Shown here: piece after piece, positions 47,112 through 56,930 of the stretch
How positions within the stretch are numbered: position 1 is the first letter of the stretch
How the letters are laid out: each line of letters opens with the position of its first letter
NCBI GenBank assembly: GCA_016868815.1
Contig: VGFQ01000013.1
Coordinates: 3,746 to 67,745 of the forward strand
DNA: 64,000 bases
Source of the DNA: Bacteroidota bacterium
GTDB lineage: Bacteria > Bacteroidota > Bacteroidia > Chitinophagales > Chitinophagaceae
Direction: 5' to 3'
The notes under the pieces: model-generated
The model's input: only the letters and a program-made list of their open reading frames with translations
What the model was told of the DNA's origin: nothing
Databases searched by the model: none
Position numbers and translations under genes: made by a program

Positions 47112-47353
47112 GGTTTCAGAATTTAGGTTATACGAATACAGACCAGGTCCTCCGGGATGCCTGCTCTTCCTAGCCGGACAGTGAATCTTTCGTTGGGGCG
47201 GCTGCACAGCATGTAGTGCTGCTGTAGCAGATGTATTTATGGACATCACAGATGCGGGGATGTTTAAAAATGAAGTCTGCAAGGCGCGTCACGATGACAG
47301 AAGTTGGCTATCGATCCCTTACATTTCTCTGATTTGGCCGTAAGGGGTATATT

Positions 47354-50011
47354 GTGCAAATGAAGATGCGGTTCCGCAGTGCCGGGGTATTTGTATGGAT
47401 GGCGTTGGGATGGGTTGCAGACCATCGACAGCACCCGGATCCGGTAGTAGCCATGCTGCGGCTTCCTGAGGGATTCCGGGCGGAACGACTCCACAGTCCG
47501 CGGATGGCAGGCCAAGGTTCCTGGGTCTCCCTGACTTTCGACGACAAGGGGCGCATGCTGGCCTCCGACCAGCACGGCTTCCTCTACCGGCTGGTGCTGC
47601 CACCTATTGGGGCCGACACCACGGTGGAGAAGGTTCGCTCGGAGCGCATCGAATTACACTTGCCAGGTGACACGACCAGGGCCTCCCGATTTCTGGGTCA
47701 CTGCCATGGGCTGGCCTATGCTTTCCAAAGTCTCTACTTCGTCGTGAACGACAAAGACGACAAGGTCAATACCCGGCCCAGCGGCATCTACCGGATCCGT
47801 GACACAGACGGCGACGACCAGTTCGACCGCATCGACACGCTCATGGTACTCCAAGGACACGGCGAGCACGGGCCCCACAGCATCGTGCCTGGCCCTGACG
47901 GGAAATCGCTCTACGCGGTGATGGGTAATTTCACCAAGATGCCCCCCTTGGCCTCTTATGCAAACCTGCCCGTCTGGAAGACTGACAACCTCCTCCCGCA
48001 GGTGATGGACCCTCACGGCCACGACAGCCACTCTGAGCTTCACGGTGGCTGGATCGTGCGCTTCGACCCGGAAGGGAAAAAGTTTACACTCTTCAGTTCG
48101 GGCTTTCGCAATCCCTTCGACCTGGCCTTTAATGAAGATGGGGAGCCCTTCACCTTCGACTCCGACATGGAGTGGGACATGGGTACGCCCTGGTACCGGC
48201 CCACCCGCATCTGCCATGTCACCAGCGGCAGCGAGTTCGGCTGGAGGCACGGCACGGCCAAATGGGCGCCCAGCTATCCCGACAACCTGCCACCGCTGCT
48301 AGACATCGGGCAGGGCTCTCCGACCGGCGTACTCAGCGGTCGGGACGCGCAGTTCCCGGAGCGGTACCGTAAGGCAATTTTCGCCTTCGATTGGACCTTC
48401 GGTCTCCTCTATGCCGTCTTCCCGGAACGTGAGGGCGCCCATTACAAGGCCCGCGCCGAGGAATTTCTTTCTGGCACGCCGCTGCCACTGACGGATGGAG
48501 CCATAGGCCCCGACGGTTCCCTGTACTTCCTCACAGGCGGCAGACGGATAGAATCGCACCTCTTCCGAGTGTATCATGTCGACCGTGAGCGTTTCGGCCC
48601 TCCTCCCCCAGCCCCTCCCCCCAACGCAGCACAGCTGTTGCGCAGGAGGCTGGAGGGCTTTCACGCAGGTTCGCATCCCGAAGCTGTCGCCACCGCCTGG
48701 CCCGCCCTGAATCACCCTGACCGCTTCATCCGCTTCGCGGCACGTGTGGCCCTCGAGCACCAGCCCATGGAAGCATGGAAAGGACGTATCCCTGGCGAGC
48801 ATGACCCCATGCGGATATCGCAGGCCTGCATCGCAGCAGCCAGGATGGACGACCGGGCAGGCCGTGACACCCTGTTCCATGCCCTTGCCGGCATCGCCCT
48901 GAAAGACCTCGACCAGCAGACGCGGACAGACTATCTACGGGCCATCGAACTTTGCCTGCTGCGCCTCGGAGAGCCGCTGCCATCCACCCGCCTGCGACTG
49001 GTGCGCACCCTCGATGCCCTATACCCCTCCGGGGAGGGACTCACCGACCGCACGCTTTCCAAGATTCTTGTACACCTCGAGGCTCCAGGTGCCGTAGAGA
49101 AGACGATGCGGCTGCTGCGTACCGCCAGCGACCAGGGGATGGAAGCAGAAACCGTCGCAGACCCGGCAGACCTCATCCATCGCAATCCGAGATATGGCAT
49201 AGCCATCGCCCAGGTGCTCGCTCAGGTGCCACCCCTACAAAAGACCTGGCACGCCACCGTCCTGAGCCAGGCCGGCAAAGGCTGGACGCCGGCGATGCAG
49301 CAAGCGTATATGCGGTGGTTCGACAGCGCTTTCCGCCACAAGGGCGGCTATAGCTATGCAGGATTCATCGAAGGCATCCGCTCCCTCGCCCTGGCGCATG
49401 TGCCAAAGGAGCAGCTGTCAGCCTACCGAAAGCTCTCCGGAGAGTCCGTCAGCCAAAACGCCTCGATGGGACTGGCGGCCGGCATGCGGCAGCCCAGAGG
49501 GCCAGGAAAAGACTGGACGGTGAAGGCCGCCATGGAAGAACTCAAAAGTGGCATTGGACGGCGCGACTTCGACAACGGAAAAGCCATGTTTGCCTCGAGC
49601 CTCTGCGGCTCCTGCCATATCATGCGCGGGTCGGGCGGGGCCGCAGGCCCTGACCTCACGCAGACAGGCGGCCGCTTCACCTATGCCGACATGCTTACAG
49701 CCATCCTGGAGCCCAGCCGGACGATCTCAGACCAGTATGGCTCTACAGTATTTTATCTGAGAAAGGGAGGATCACTCACGGGAAGGATTATCCGAGAAAA
49801 AGAAGACGCATATGTGATTGCACAAAACCCATTTGCCATTCAGGTGACGCGTGTGTTGCCAAAAAAGGAGATCATAAGGACGCGCATTTCGACCATATCG
49901 TCGATGCTGCCAAACCTCGTCGACCGACTGAACGCCGAGGAACTCAAAGACCTATTGGCATATCTACAGTCAGGCGGAGACCCAACCCATGAGGTGTACA
50001 AGAAACCCTGA
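47354..50011 (+). CDS. PVC-type heme-binding CxxCH / membrane-bound dehydrogenase-like beta-propeller protein
   Basis: GHGEHGPH, GFRNPFDLAF, FTFDSDMEWD.G.PWYRPTR, GSPTG, HEAT-like helices and C-terminal CGSCH...GPDL. Confidence 0.85.
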   Translation: MQMKMRFRSAGVFVWMALGWVADHRQHPDPVVAMLRLPEGFRAERLHSPRMAGQGSWVSLTFDDKGRMLASDQHGFLYRLVLPPIGADTTVEKVRSERIELHLPGDTTRASRFLGHCHGLAYAFQSLYFVVNDKDDKVNTRPSGIYRIRDTDGDDQFDRIDTLMVLQGHGEHGPHSIVPGPDGKSLYAVMGNFTKMPPLASYANLPVWKTDNLLPQVMDPHGHDSHSELHGGWIVRFDPEGKKFTLFSSGFRNPFDLAFNEDGEPFTFDSDMEWDMGTPWYRPTRICHVTSGSEFGWRHGTAKWAPSYPDNLPPLLDIGQGSPTGVLSGRDAQFPERYRKAIFAFDWTFGLLYAVFPEREGAHYKARAEEFLSGTPLPLTDGAIGPDGSLYFLTGGRRIESHLFRVYHVDRERFGPPPPAPPPNAAQLLRRRLEGFHAGSHPEAVATAWPALNHPDRFIRFAARVALEHQPMEAWKGRIPGEHDPMRISQACIAAARMDDRAGRDTLFHALAGIALKDLDQQTRTDYLRAIELCLLRLGEPLPSTRLRLVRTLDALYPSGEGLTDRTLSKILVHLEAPGAVEKTMRLLRTASDQGMEAETVADPADLIHRNPRYGIAIAQVLAQVPPLQKTWHATVLSQAGKGWTPAMQQAYMRWFDSAFRHKGGYSYAGFIEGIRSLALAHVPKEQLSAYRKLSGESVSQNASMGLAAGMRQPRGPGKDWTVKAAMEELKSGIGRRDFDNGKAMFASSLCGSCHIMRGSGGAAGPDLTQTGGRFTYADMLTAILEPSRTISDQYGSTVFYLRKGGSLTGRIIREKEDAYVIAQNPFAIQVTRVLPKKEIIRTRISTISSMLPNLVDRLNAEELKDLLAYLQSGGDPTHEVYKKP

Positions 50012-50035
50012 GAGGCATCCGATTGGATACGACAC

Positions 50036-50776
50036 ATGAAAAAAAAATATAAAACCACCTGCCTGGCAGTGCCCTGTTTAATCATGCTGCTGGCTTCAAC
50101 CCCTGATGCCCTCAGGGCGCAGGACGACAGGCCCGGCCGCCAGCATGGATTTAAACGCCTCTTCGATGGCAAGGGCTTTGGCGAATGGTCGGGGGACACA
50201 GCCGTATGGCGGGTGGAAGGTGGGACCCTCGTAGGTGAGGTGACGCCGACCCGACAGATCCGCACCAACTCCTTTCTGATCTGGAGGGGTGGCCGGCCGG
50301 CCGATTTTGCATTCGAGGCAGAATACCGCATCAGCGAACACGGCAATAGTGGCGTCAACTACCGCAGTGTGGAGGTTCCGGGGATAGCCTTCGCAGTGAA
50401 AGGTTACCAGCTCGACATCGACGGCGCCAACACCTACACGGGACAAAACTACGAGGAGCGGGGCCGTGGCTTTCTGGCCATGCGGGGGCAGCAGGCCGTC
50501 CTGGAGGCAGGTGCCAAGCCCCGGGTCACAGGATCCATGGGTGACGGGGAAGCCCTGAAGGCGAAGATCCGGAGCGGCGAATGGAATACACTCCAGCTGG
50601 TGGTGCAGGGCAACCACATGAGGCATTACATCAACGGTGTACTCATGAGCGAGGCGACAGACAACGACCCCTCAAACCGAAAGATGGAAGGGCTACTCTG
50701 CCTGCAGGTACATACAGGCCCTTCCATGCGGGTGGAGTACAGAAACCTGCGCCTGAAGACACTCCGGAAAAGATAA
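50036..50776 (+). CDS. DUF1080 (3-keto-disaccharide hydrolase-like) protein
   Basis: LFDGK...W.V..G, NSGVNYRS, GYQLDID, GEWN, LQVH and VEYRNLRLK. Confidence 0.88.
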   Translation: MKKKYKTTCLAVPCLIMLLASTPDALRAQDDRPGRQHGFKRLFDGKGFGEWSGDTAVWRVEGGTLVGEVTPTRQIRTNSFLIWRGGRPADFAFEAEYRISEHGNSGVNYRSVEVPGIAFAVKGYQLDIDGANTYTGQNYEERGRGFLAMRGQQAVLEAGAKPRVTGSMGDGEALKAKIRSGEWNTLQLVVQGNHMRHYINGVLMSEATDNDPSNRKMEGLLCLQVHTGPSMRVEYRNLRLKTLRKR

Positions 50777-50823
50777 GAATGGCCCCTCGACATCGTCATA
50801 TCCCGTGAACCAGCGCACAAAAG

Positions 50824-51012
50824 CTAAGATTTTTTGTTCCAACCTACCGTTCGAGCTGCCTTCTGCAAGTAGAGCGGATAGACGCCTGAAAAAGTCATCC
50901 GACGTATCTGGGCCTTACCCTCAACTTTCACCGTTGCCATGTCCTTTCCGTGAACAAGTTCATCGATGAGCTGGCGAAGGGCCAACCGATGGTGGAGATC
51001 CTGCTCAGATGA
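50824..51012. pseudogene. DUF2200 gene remnant split into two oppositely oriented pieces
   Basis: Minus strand 50940->50824 reads MATVKVEGKAQIRRMTFSGVYPLYLQKA (DUF2200 N-terminus). Plus strand 50950-51012 reads VNKFIDELAKGQPMVEILLR* (DUF2200 C-terminus). Confidence 0.75.
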
Positions 51013-51060
51013 GGTTGAATGCACACCCAACGGCGATCTGCGTGCCTGGTCGGCATCCCC

Positions 51061-53097
51061 TCACCATATTCTAACCATCAGGCTATCGGGGCGATACATG
51101 GGGTCTCCTGGCCGAACGTCGAAGGCTTCATGGAATGCTGGCAGGTTGGCAAAGGGACCGTTGACGCGGTATTTAGGAGGCGCGTGAAAGTCAGTCTGTA
51201 TGAGGTTCCGCAGGTATTCTTCGCGGGTATTTTCTGTCCAGCCCAGAGCATATCCCAGAAAAAATCGTTGTACGGGGGTGAAGCCGCGGATGCTGCGGTT
51301 TTCGCGAAACTCTTTGGTCTTCCGATAGGATTGTAGTCCGAGTACGACACCCCCCAGATCGGCGATGTTCTCTCCGGCGGTTGCTTTGCCGTTGAGGTGG
51401 AGGCCAGGCAGGGCTTCTATCTCGTCGAACTGTCGGATGATGTCATGCGCACGGCGTACAAAGGCTGCTTCATCTGCTTTTGTCCACCAGTTTTGGAGGT
51501 TCCCCTTCTCGTCGAATTTTCGTCCGTCGTCGTCGAAGCCGTGAATGATCTCATGGCCTATGGTGGAGGCGCCAGCATATCCATAGACGGTGGCATCGTC
51601 GAGTTCTTCGTCGCGTAGGCCAGGCACGGTGAAGATGCCGGCGGGCAGAACGATCTCGTTATTAGAGGGGTCGTAGTAGGCATTGTAGGTCTGAGGGTAC
51701 ATGCTCCATTCACTCCGGTCGACGAGCTTTCCCAGCTTGCCGACCTCAAAATTGTGCCACCAGCGGCTCGCTTCTATCACATTCCGCACCCAGCTCACGG
51801 TGTCGATGTGCATGCCCGAGAAGTCTTTCCACTGGTCGGGGTATCCAACTTTTTTCTTCATCGACGCGAGCTTGACGAGGGCGTGCTGCCGGGTGCTGTC
51901 GCTCATCCATGTGAGCCCGGCCAAGCGCTCCTGAAGGGCCAGGCGGATGTCTTCCACCAGCTGAACATAACGTGCTTTAACGTTCTCGTTGAAATATTCT
52001 TTGACATAACGCTGTCCCAGGAGTTCTCCCACTGCCACCTCGGTGGAAGTGATGGCCCGCTTCCACTGAGGCTTGCGGGCCCTTGCGCCAGTAAAGAGGC
52101 GGTTGAAGTCGAAGGCCGCCACTGCTATCCTTTCCGGAAGGGCGTCAGAGAGGTCTTGCAGCAGATGATAGCGCAGGTATGCCTTCCATGTCTCTATGGG
52201 CGTGGAGGTGAGGAGTACTTCCATGGATGACAGGTATTCTGGCTGTCCTACGATGGCAGAGTCGATGGACTTGATGCCATTGGCCGAGAGGTATGCCGGC
52301 CAGTCAAAGCTGGCAGCGAGCTTGGGAAGCCCTGTCAGGGGATGCTTTTGGTAGTTGGCATAGGGGTCGCGCAGGTCTTCTAGGCGGCGGCTGGCCTTTG
52401 CCATGCGGGTCTCCAAGGCCAGCATGTTGGTGGCAGCCGCTGAGGCCCGGCTGCTGTCGACGCCCTGCAGCATGAGCATGCGGGCTATGTGGGTGCGGTA
52501 TGCCTTGCGGATGGAGGTATTGGAGCTGTCGTCTTTGAGGTAGTAGTCGCGGTCTGGCATGCCCAGCCCTCCCTGCCAGATCGTATACGACATGCGCTCG
52601 CTGTTCTTCAGGTCGGGATAGACCCATTCGCTGAAGAGTACATGGGAGCCGGCTTTGCGCATATCTGCTACGATGGGGGCGAGGGCACTTACATCGTTGA
52701 GGGCATCGATCCGGTCGAAGAGGGGCTGCAGGGCGGTGAGGCCGTCACGCTCCGTCCGGAGGCTGTCCATGGCCGTCTTCCAGTAATCCCCGATGATCTG
52801 TTCAGGGCTGCCGGCTGGGGCTTTCCTTCCTGCCGCTTGCTCGCAGATGGTGCGCAGGCGGGAGAGGTTTTCTTCGACGACGAGGTTGGCCATACCCCAG
52901 GTGGACTGATCATCAGGTATGGGGTTGCGGGCTATCCATCCGCCATTGGCATAATGGAAGAAATCCTGGGAAGGGGCGGTCGATGTGTCGGTACGGGCAT
53001 AGAGGATGTCGTACCGAGCGGCATCTTCCCTGCGCCCCTGGCAGGCAGCGATACCTATGCAGACTGCCATGAGCAGGTGGGTTCGCAAGTTGGCCAT
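51061..53097 (-). CDS. M13 family (neprilysin/PepO) metallopeptidase, lipoprotein
   Basis: IAAC lipobox, QDFFHYANGGW, YNAYY, GHEIIHGFDD, GENIADLGG and H.PP..RVNG. Confidence 0.93.
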   Translation of the reverse strand: MANLRTHLLMAVCIGIAACQGRREDAARYDILYARTDTSTAPSQDFFHYANGGWIARNPIPDDQSTWGMANLVVEENLSRLRTICEQAAGRKAPAGSPEQIIGDYWKTAMDSLRTERDGLTALQPLFDRIDALNDVSALAPIVADMRKAGSHVLFSEWVYPDLKNSERMSYTIWQGGLGMPDRDYYLKDDSSNTSIRKAYRTHIARMLMLQGVDSSRASAAATNMLALETRMAKASRRLEDLRDPYANYQKHPLTGLPKLAASFDWPAYLSANGIKSIDSAIVGQPEYLSSMEVLLTSTPIETWKAYLRYHLLQDLSDALPERIAVAAFDFNRLFTGARARKPQWKRAITSTEVAVGELLGQRYVKEYFNENVKARYVQLVEDIRLALQERLAGLTWMSDSTRQHALVKLASMKKKVGYPDQWKDFSGMHIDTVSWVRNVIEASRWWHNFEVGKLGKLVDRSEWSMYPQTYNAYYDPSNNEIVLPAGIFTVPGLRDEELDDATVYGYAGASTIGHEIIHGFDDDGRKFDEKGNLQNWWTKADEAAFVRRAHDIIRQFDEIEALPGLHLNGKATAGENIADLGGVVLGLQSYRKTKEFRENRSIRGFTPVQRFFLGYALGWTENTREEYLRNLIQTDFHAPPKYRVNGPFANLPAFHEAFDVRPGDPMYRPDSLMVRIW

Positions 53098-53228
53098 TTT
53101 GATAAGTTTATGCCATTAAGTTACTGAAAGGATCCAAAAAAGTATGACCTTCCGAAGTGCCTCAACTGGGGCATTGCGATGTCCGATGCCGCCTAACACT
53201 TCTTCCCCTGAACCTGAACATTAGATGT

Positions 53229-55943
53229 ATGAACCCACAGATCCTGTACCGGACTGCCCTGAGCCTGCTTTTAGCGGGGGTTTGGCAGGCTGCCGCCCTG
53301 GGCCAACAATCCTCTCCGGTGGCGCTGCGGATAGAACCGAGGACGGAATACCTCCACAATCCTCTCGGCCTCGACAGCCGGCAGCCACGCTTTACCTGGC
53401 GTATGGAAGGCGGCGTAACCAGCTTGCAGCAGCGCAACTACCGCATTGTCGTCGGCCGCGACTCGAACGACCTGAAGGCTGGCCGCCGCCTCATTTGGTC
53501 CAATGAGACATCGTCTGCCTCCCAGCAAGCCATCTATGCCGGCCCGCCTCTGACATCCTTCACCACCTACTACTGGAGGGTATCGGTGATCGACGGGGCA
53601 GGCATCATCCATCAGGGTCCCCTCGCCTGCTTTGAGACGGGCATGATGGAAGCGTCTGACTGGAAAGGAGCTTGGATCAGCGATGAGGGGTCGGTGGACC
53701 TCCGGCCCGCCCCCTATTTTCGTAAGACCTTCGTGCTGCAGAAACCCGTCCGCTCGGCAAGGGCCTATCTAGCCTGCGCTGGGCTCTTCGAGCTCTATGT
53801 CAACGGACAGCGGGTTGGCGACCACCTGCTCGACCCCGCCTATACTCGCTTCGACCGTCGCAATCTCTACGTGACGCTGGACGTCACCCAAGCCCTGAAA
53901 GCGGGCGGGAATGCCGTAGGCGTGGTGCTGGGGAATGGATGGTATAACCACCAGTCGACCGCCGTCTGGTTCTTCGACCGGGCCCCCTGGCGCAACCGCC
54001 CCAGCTTCTGTGCCGACATCCGCATCACCTATGACGATGGCACGACGGACCTCATCGCCACCGACAAAGACTGGAAGACGCAGACGGGGCCCATCGTCTT
54101 CAACAGCATTTATACGGCCGAACACCAGGACGCGCGGCTCTCCCTCGGACCCTGGAGCCAATACAATTTCGCTGACAGCAGCTGGAAGAATGTCATCTTT
54201 CGTTCTGCCCCCTCCAACCAGATCTTGGCGCAGACGATGCACCCGATCCGGAAGGTCGAACCGGTACGCACCGCCTCGATGCGAAAGTTCTCCGACACCC
54301 TCTATGTCTTCGACTTCGGAAGAAACCTGGCAGGCATTACCGAACTCCGCGTCCGCGGGCGCCGAGGGACCGTCATCCACCTCAAACATGGAGAGCGGCT
54401 CTATCCCAATGGCCGCGTCGACCAGTCGAACATCATCGTGCATTACCGACCCAAAGACCTGAGTGACCCCTTCCAGACCGATGTCTATACCCTCGCTGGC
54501 GACGGGGAAGAGCGCTTCGCTCCACATTTCAACTACAAAGGCTTCCAGTATGTGGAAGTTAGCACCAGCGAGCCGCTGGCATTGCAGCCAGGCGACCTGC
54601 AGGCCTGGTTCATGCACAGCGATGTGCCAGCGGTGGGACGCCTCCAGTCGTCCAACCCGACGCTGGATGCCATCTGGCGGGCCACCAATGCCTCCTATCT
54701 GTCAAACCTCTTCGGCTATCCGACCGACTGCCCACAGCGGGAGAAGAACGGATGGACGGGCGACGCACACATCGCCTCGGAGACGGGGCTCTACAACTTC
54801 GACGGCATCACGGTATATGAGAAATGGATGGCCGACCACCGCGATGAGCAGCAGCCAAATGGCGTCCTGCCCTCCATCATCCCCACCGGCGGCTGGGGCT
54901 ATGAATGGGCCAACGGGCCTGACTGGACCAGCACCATCGCCATTATCCCTTGGAATTTATATTTATTCTATGGCGACAAACGCGCGCTTTCCGAAAACTA
55001 TGAGCACATGAAGCGATATGTCGACCACATCACGGCAGTGAGTCCGGGCGGGACGACCACCTGGGGGCTTGGCGACTGGGTGCCGGTGAAGTCGAAGTCA
55101 CCAGTAGAACTCACCTCGACTGCCTACTATTTCTACGACGTGACGATCGTCTCAAAGGCGGCAGCCCTGCTCGGGCGGAAGGCAGATGCCATCGCCTACC
55201 GAAAGCTGGCCGATCGCATACAGGATGCCTTCCATGCCAAGTTCTTTCATGCCGACAAGAACCTCTACGGCTCAGGCCTGCAGACGGAGCTGAGCGTGCC
55301 ACTCCATCTAGGACTGGTGCCGGAAGGCCTCCGTCAAGCTGTGGCTGACAACCTGGCGCAACGCGTCATCGCCGATGGCAAACACATCGACGTGGGACTG
55401 CTCGGCACCAAGTCGCTGCTGAATGCGCTGAGCGATTATGGACATGCTAACCTGGCCTATGAGGTGGCCTTGCAGGAGAGCTATCCCTCCTGGGGCTGGT
55501 GGATCCGCAACGGGGCAACCACTCTCTACGAGAACTGGCCCATCGACGCGAAGTCAGACATCTCAATGAACCATATCATGTTCGGGGAGATCGGCGCCTG
55601 GTTCTGGAAAACCTTGGCAGGCATCCGTCCGACAGAAGAGCATCCAGGTTTTGCTACGATAGAGGTAGCTCCCCATTTTGTACTGAACCTTCAGCACTTC
55701 GATGCGGAATATCTTTCACCTCGAGGGAAGATCCGAAGTGCCTGGCAGCGAAAAGGGGAAGTAATAGAATGGATGTTATCGGTACCTCCGAATGCCCGAG
55801 CCACGGTACGGCTGGACATTCAGGTGGGCGCAGACATCGAGGTTAATGGGAGAAAAGTGTCATACCGGGAGGCGTTCTGGCTGGGGGCCGGGACGCATGT
55901 CCTCCGCCTGGTACAGGCGGGCGGCCGCCAGCCAGAGCCTTGA
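53229..55943 (+). CDS. Alpha-L-rhamnosidase (GH78)
   Basis: EYLHNPLGLD...PRFTW, FDFGRN, FNYKGFQYVE, PTDCPQRE..GWTGD, TTLYENW and SMNHIMFG. Confidence 0.93.
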   Translation: MNPQILYRTALSLLLAGVWQAAALGQQSSPVALRIEPRTEYLHNPLGLDSRQPRFTWRMEGGVTSLQQRNYRIVVGRDSNDLKAGRRLIWSNETSSASQQAIYAGPPLTSFTTYYWRVSVIDGAGIIHQGPLACFETGMMEASDWKGAWISDEGSVDLRPAPYFRKTFVLQKPVRSARAYLACAGLFELYVNGQRVGDHLLDPAYTRFDRRNLYVTLDVTQALKAGGNAVGVVLGNGWYNHQSTAVWFFDRAPWRNRPSFCADIRITYDDGTTDLIATDKDWKTQTGPIVFNSIYTAEHQDARLSLGPWSQYNFADSSWKNVIFRSAPSNQILAQTMHPIRKVEPVRTASMRKFSDTLYVFDFGRNLAGITELRVRGRRGTVIHLKHGERLYPNGRVDQSNIIVHYRPKDLSDPFQTDVYTLAGDGEERFAPHFNYKGFQYVEVSTSEPLALQPGDLQAWFMHSDVPAVGRLQSSNPTLDAIWRATNASYLSNLFGYPTDCPQREKNGWTGDAHIASETGLYNFDGITVYEKWMADHRDEQQPNGVLPSIIPTGGWGYEWANGPDWTSTIAIIPWNLYLFYGDKRALSENYEHMKRYVDHITAVSPGGTTTWGLGDWVPVKSKSPVELTSTAYYFYDVTIVSKAAALLGRKADAIAYRKLADRIQDAFHAKFFHADKNLYGSGLQTELSVPLHLGLVPEGLRQAVADNLAQRVIADGKHIDVGLLGTKSLLNALSDYGHANLAYEVALQESYPSWGWWIRNGATTLYENWPIDAKSDISMNHIMFGEIGAWFWKTLAGIRPTEEHPGFATIEVAPHFVLNLQHFDAEYLSPRGKIRSAWQRKGEVIEWMLSVPPNARATVRLDIQVGADIEVNGRKVSYREAFWLGAGTHVLRLVQAGGRQPEP

Positions 55944-56014
55944 GGAATCATTAGACAGAACCAAAGTGGGTCCGTTGCGTTATTATTCTTTCGTCGTTAT
56001 AACTACTTCCTGCC

Positions 56015-56908
56015 ATGCCAACCGTTAACCGGATCGATGTTCTGTACGACCGGCTGCTGTCGTCCGACGTGAAGCAGCGGGGTGAGCGACTCATCCTTGG
56101 CATCGCCATCACCAGCTATCTGGTACACCTGGGCTTGATCTTGATGAACCGCAATGGATGGATCGACATCCAGTCAGAGTTATTAGGCAATCCCATTGCT
56201 GCCACCTATACGCCGTTTTCATTTATCCTGGTATATGAGGTATACCTGCTGATCTTCTTCTTACCCAAGTCTATCTCTTATTACATCGGTAAGCAGTATG
56301 AGATCATCACGCTGATTGTCATCCGAAGGATGTTCAAAGACATCGCCAATCTGGAGCTGTCGTCTGACTGGTTTCGGAGTACTTATGACCTGCAGTTTAC
56401 TTTTGACGCGGCGACCTCGCTGGCCTTGTTTATGTTGATCCATCTCTACTACCGAAGGGTGGCGGAACGCGAAGTGCCAGAGGTGAAGGGAGCCCACCAA
56501 GAGGTCAGCAAGCAGCACTTTATTATTTTGAAGCGGGCGATTGCCGTGCTGCTGGTACCGCTCCTTGTGGGGCTGGCGTTATATACGCTTACAGACTGGA
56601 TTTTGTCGTTCGTCAGCGACCGGCAGCATGGGATGGATGCCTTCAGAAACATCAACAGTGTCTTCTTCGACGAGTTTTTTACAATACTTATTATCGTCGA
56701 TGTACTCTTGCTTCTCGCTTCCTTCTTTTATACAGATGAGTTCCACCACATCATGCGCAATTCCGGCTTTGTCATCTCCACGATGCTGATTAAAGTCTCT
56801 TTTTCCGTGGATGGGCCTGTCAACAATGCGCTAATCCTAGGCGCAGTGGTATTCGGACTGCTGATCCTGGTCGTGCACAACCGTTTTGAGCGGAGCTCGC
56901 CGTCCTGA
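56015..56908 (+). CDS. Integral membrane protein of unknown function
   Basis: Several TM segments, conserved-looking YIGKQYEIITLIVIRRMFKD and RNSGFVIST, normal codon bias. Confidence 0.75.
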   Translation: MPTVNRIDVLYDRLLSSDVKQRGERLILGIAITSYLVHLGLILMNRNGWIDIQSELLGNPIAATYTPFSFILVYEVYLLIFFLPKSISYYIGKQYEIITLIVIRRMFKDIANLELSSDWFRSTYDLQFTFDAATSLALFMLIHLYYRRVAEREVPEVKGAHQEVSKQHFIILKRAIAVLLVPLLVGLALYTLTDWILSFVSDRQHGMDAFRNINSVFFDEFFTILIIVDVLLLLASFFYTDEFHHIMRNSGFVISTMLIKVSFSVDGPVNNALILGAVVFGLLILVVHNRFERSSPS

Positions 56909-56930
56909 ACGGGCTTGATTGCATTTATCT

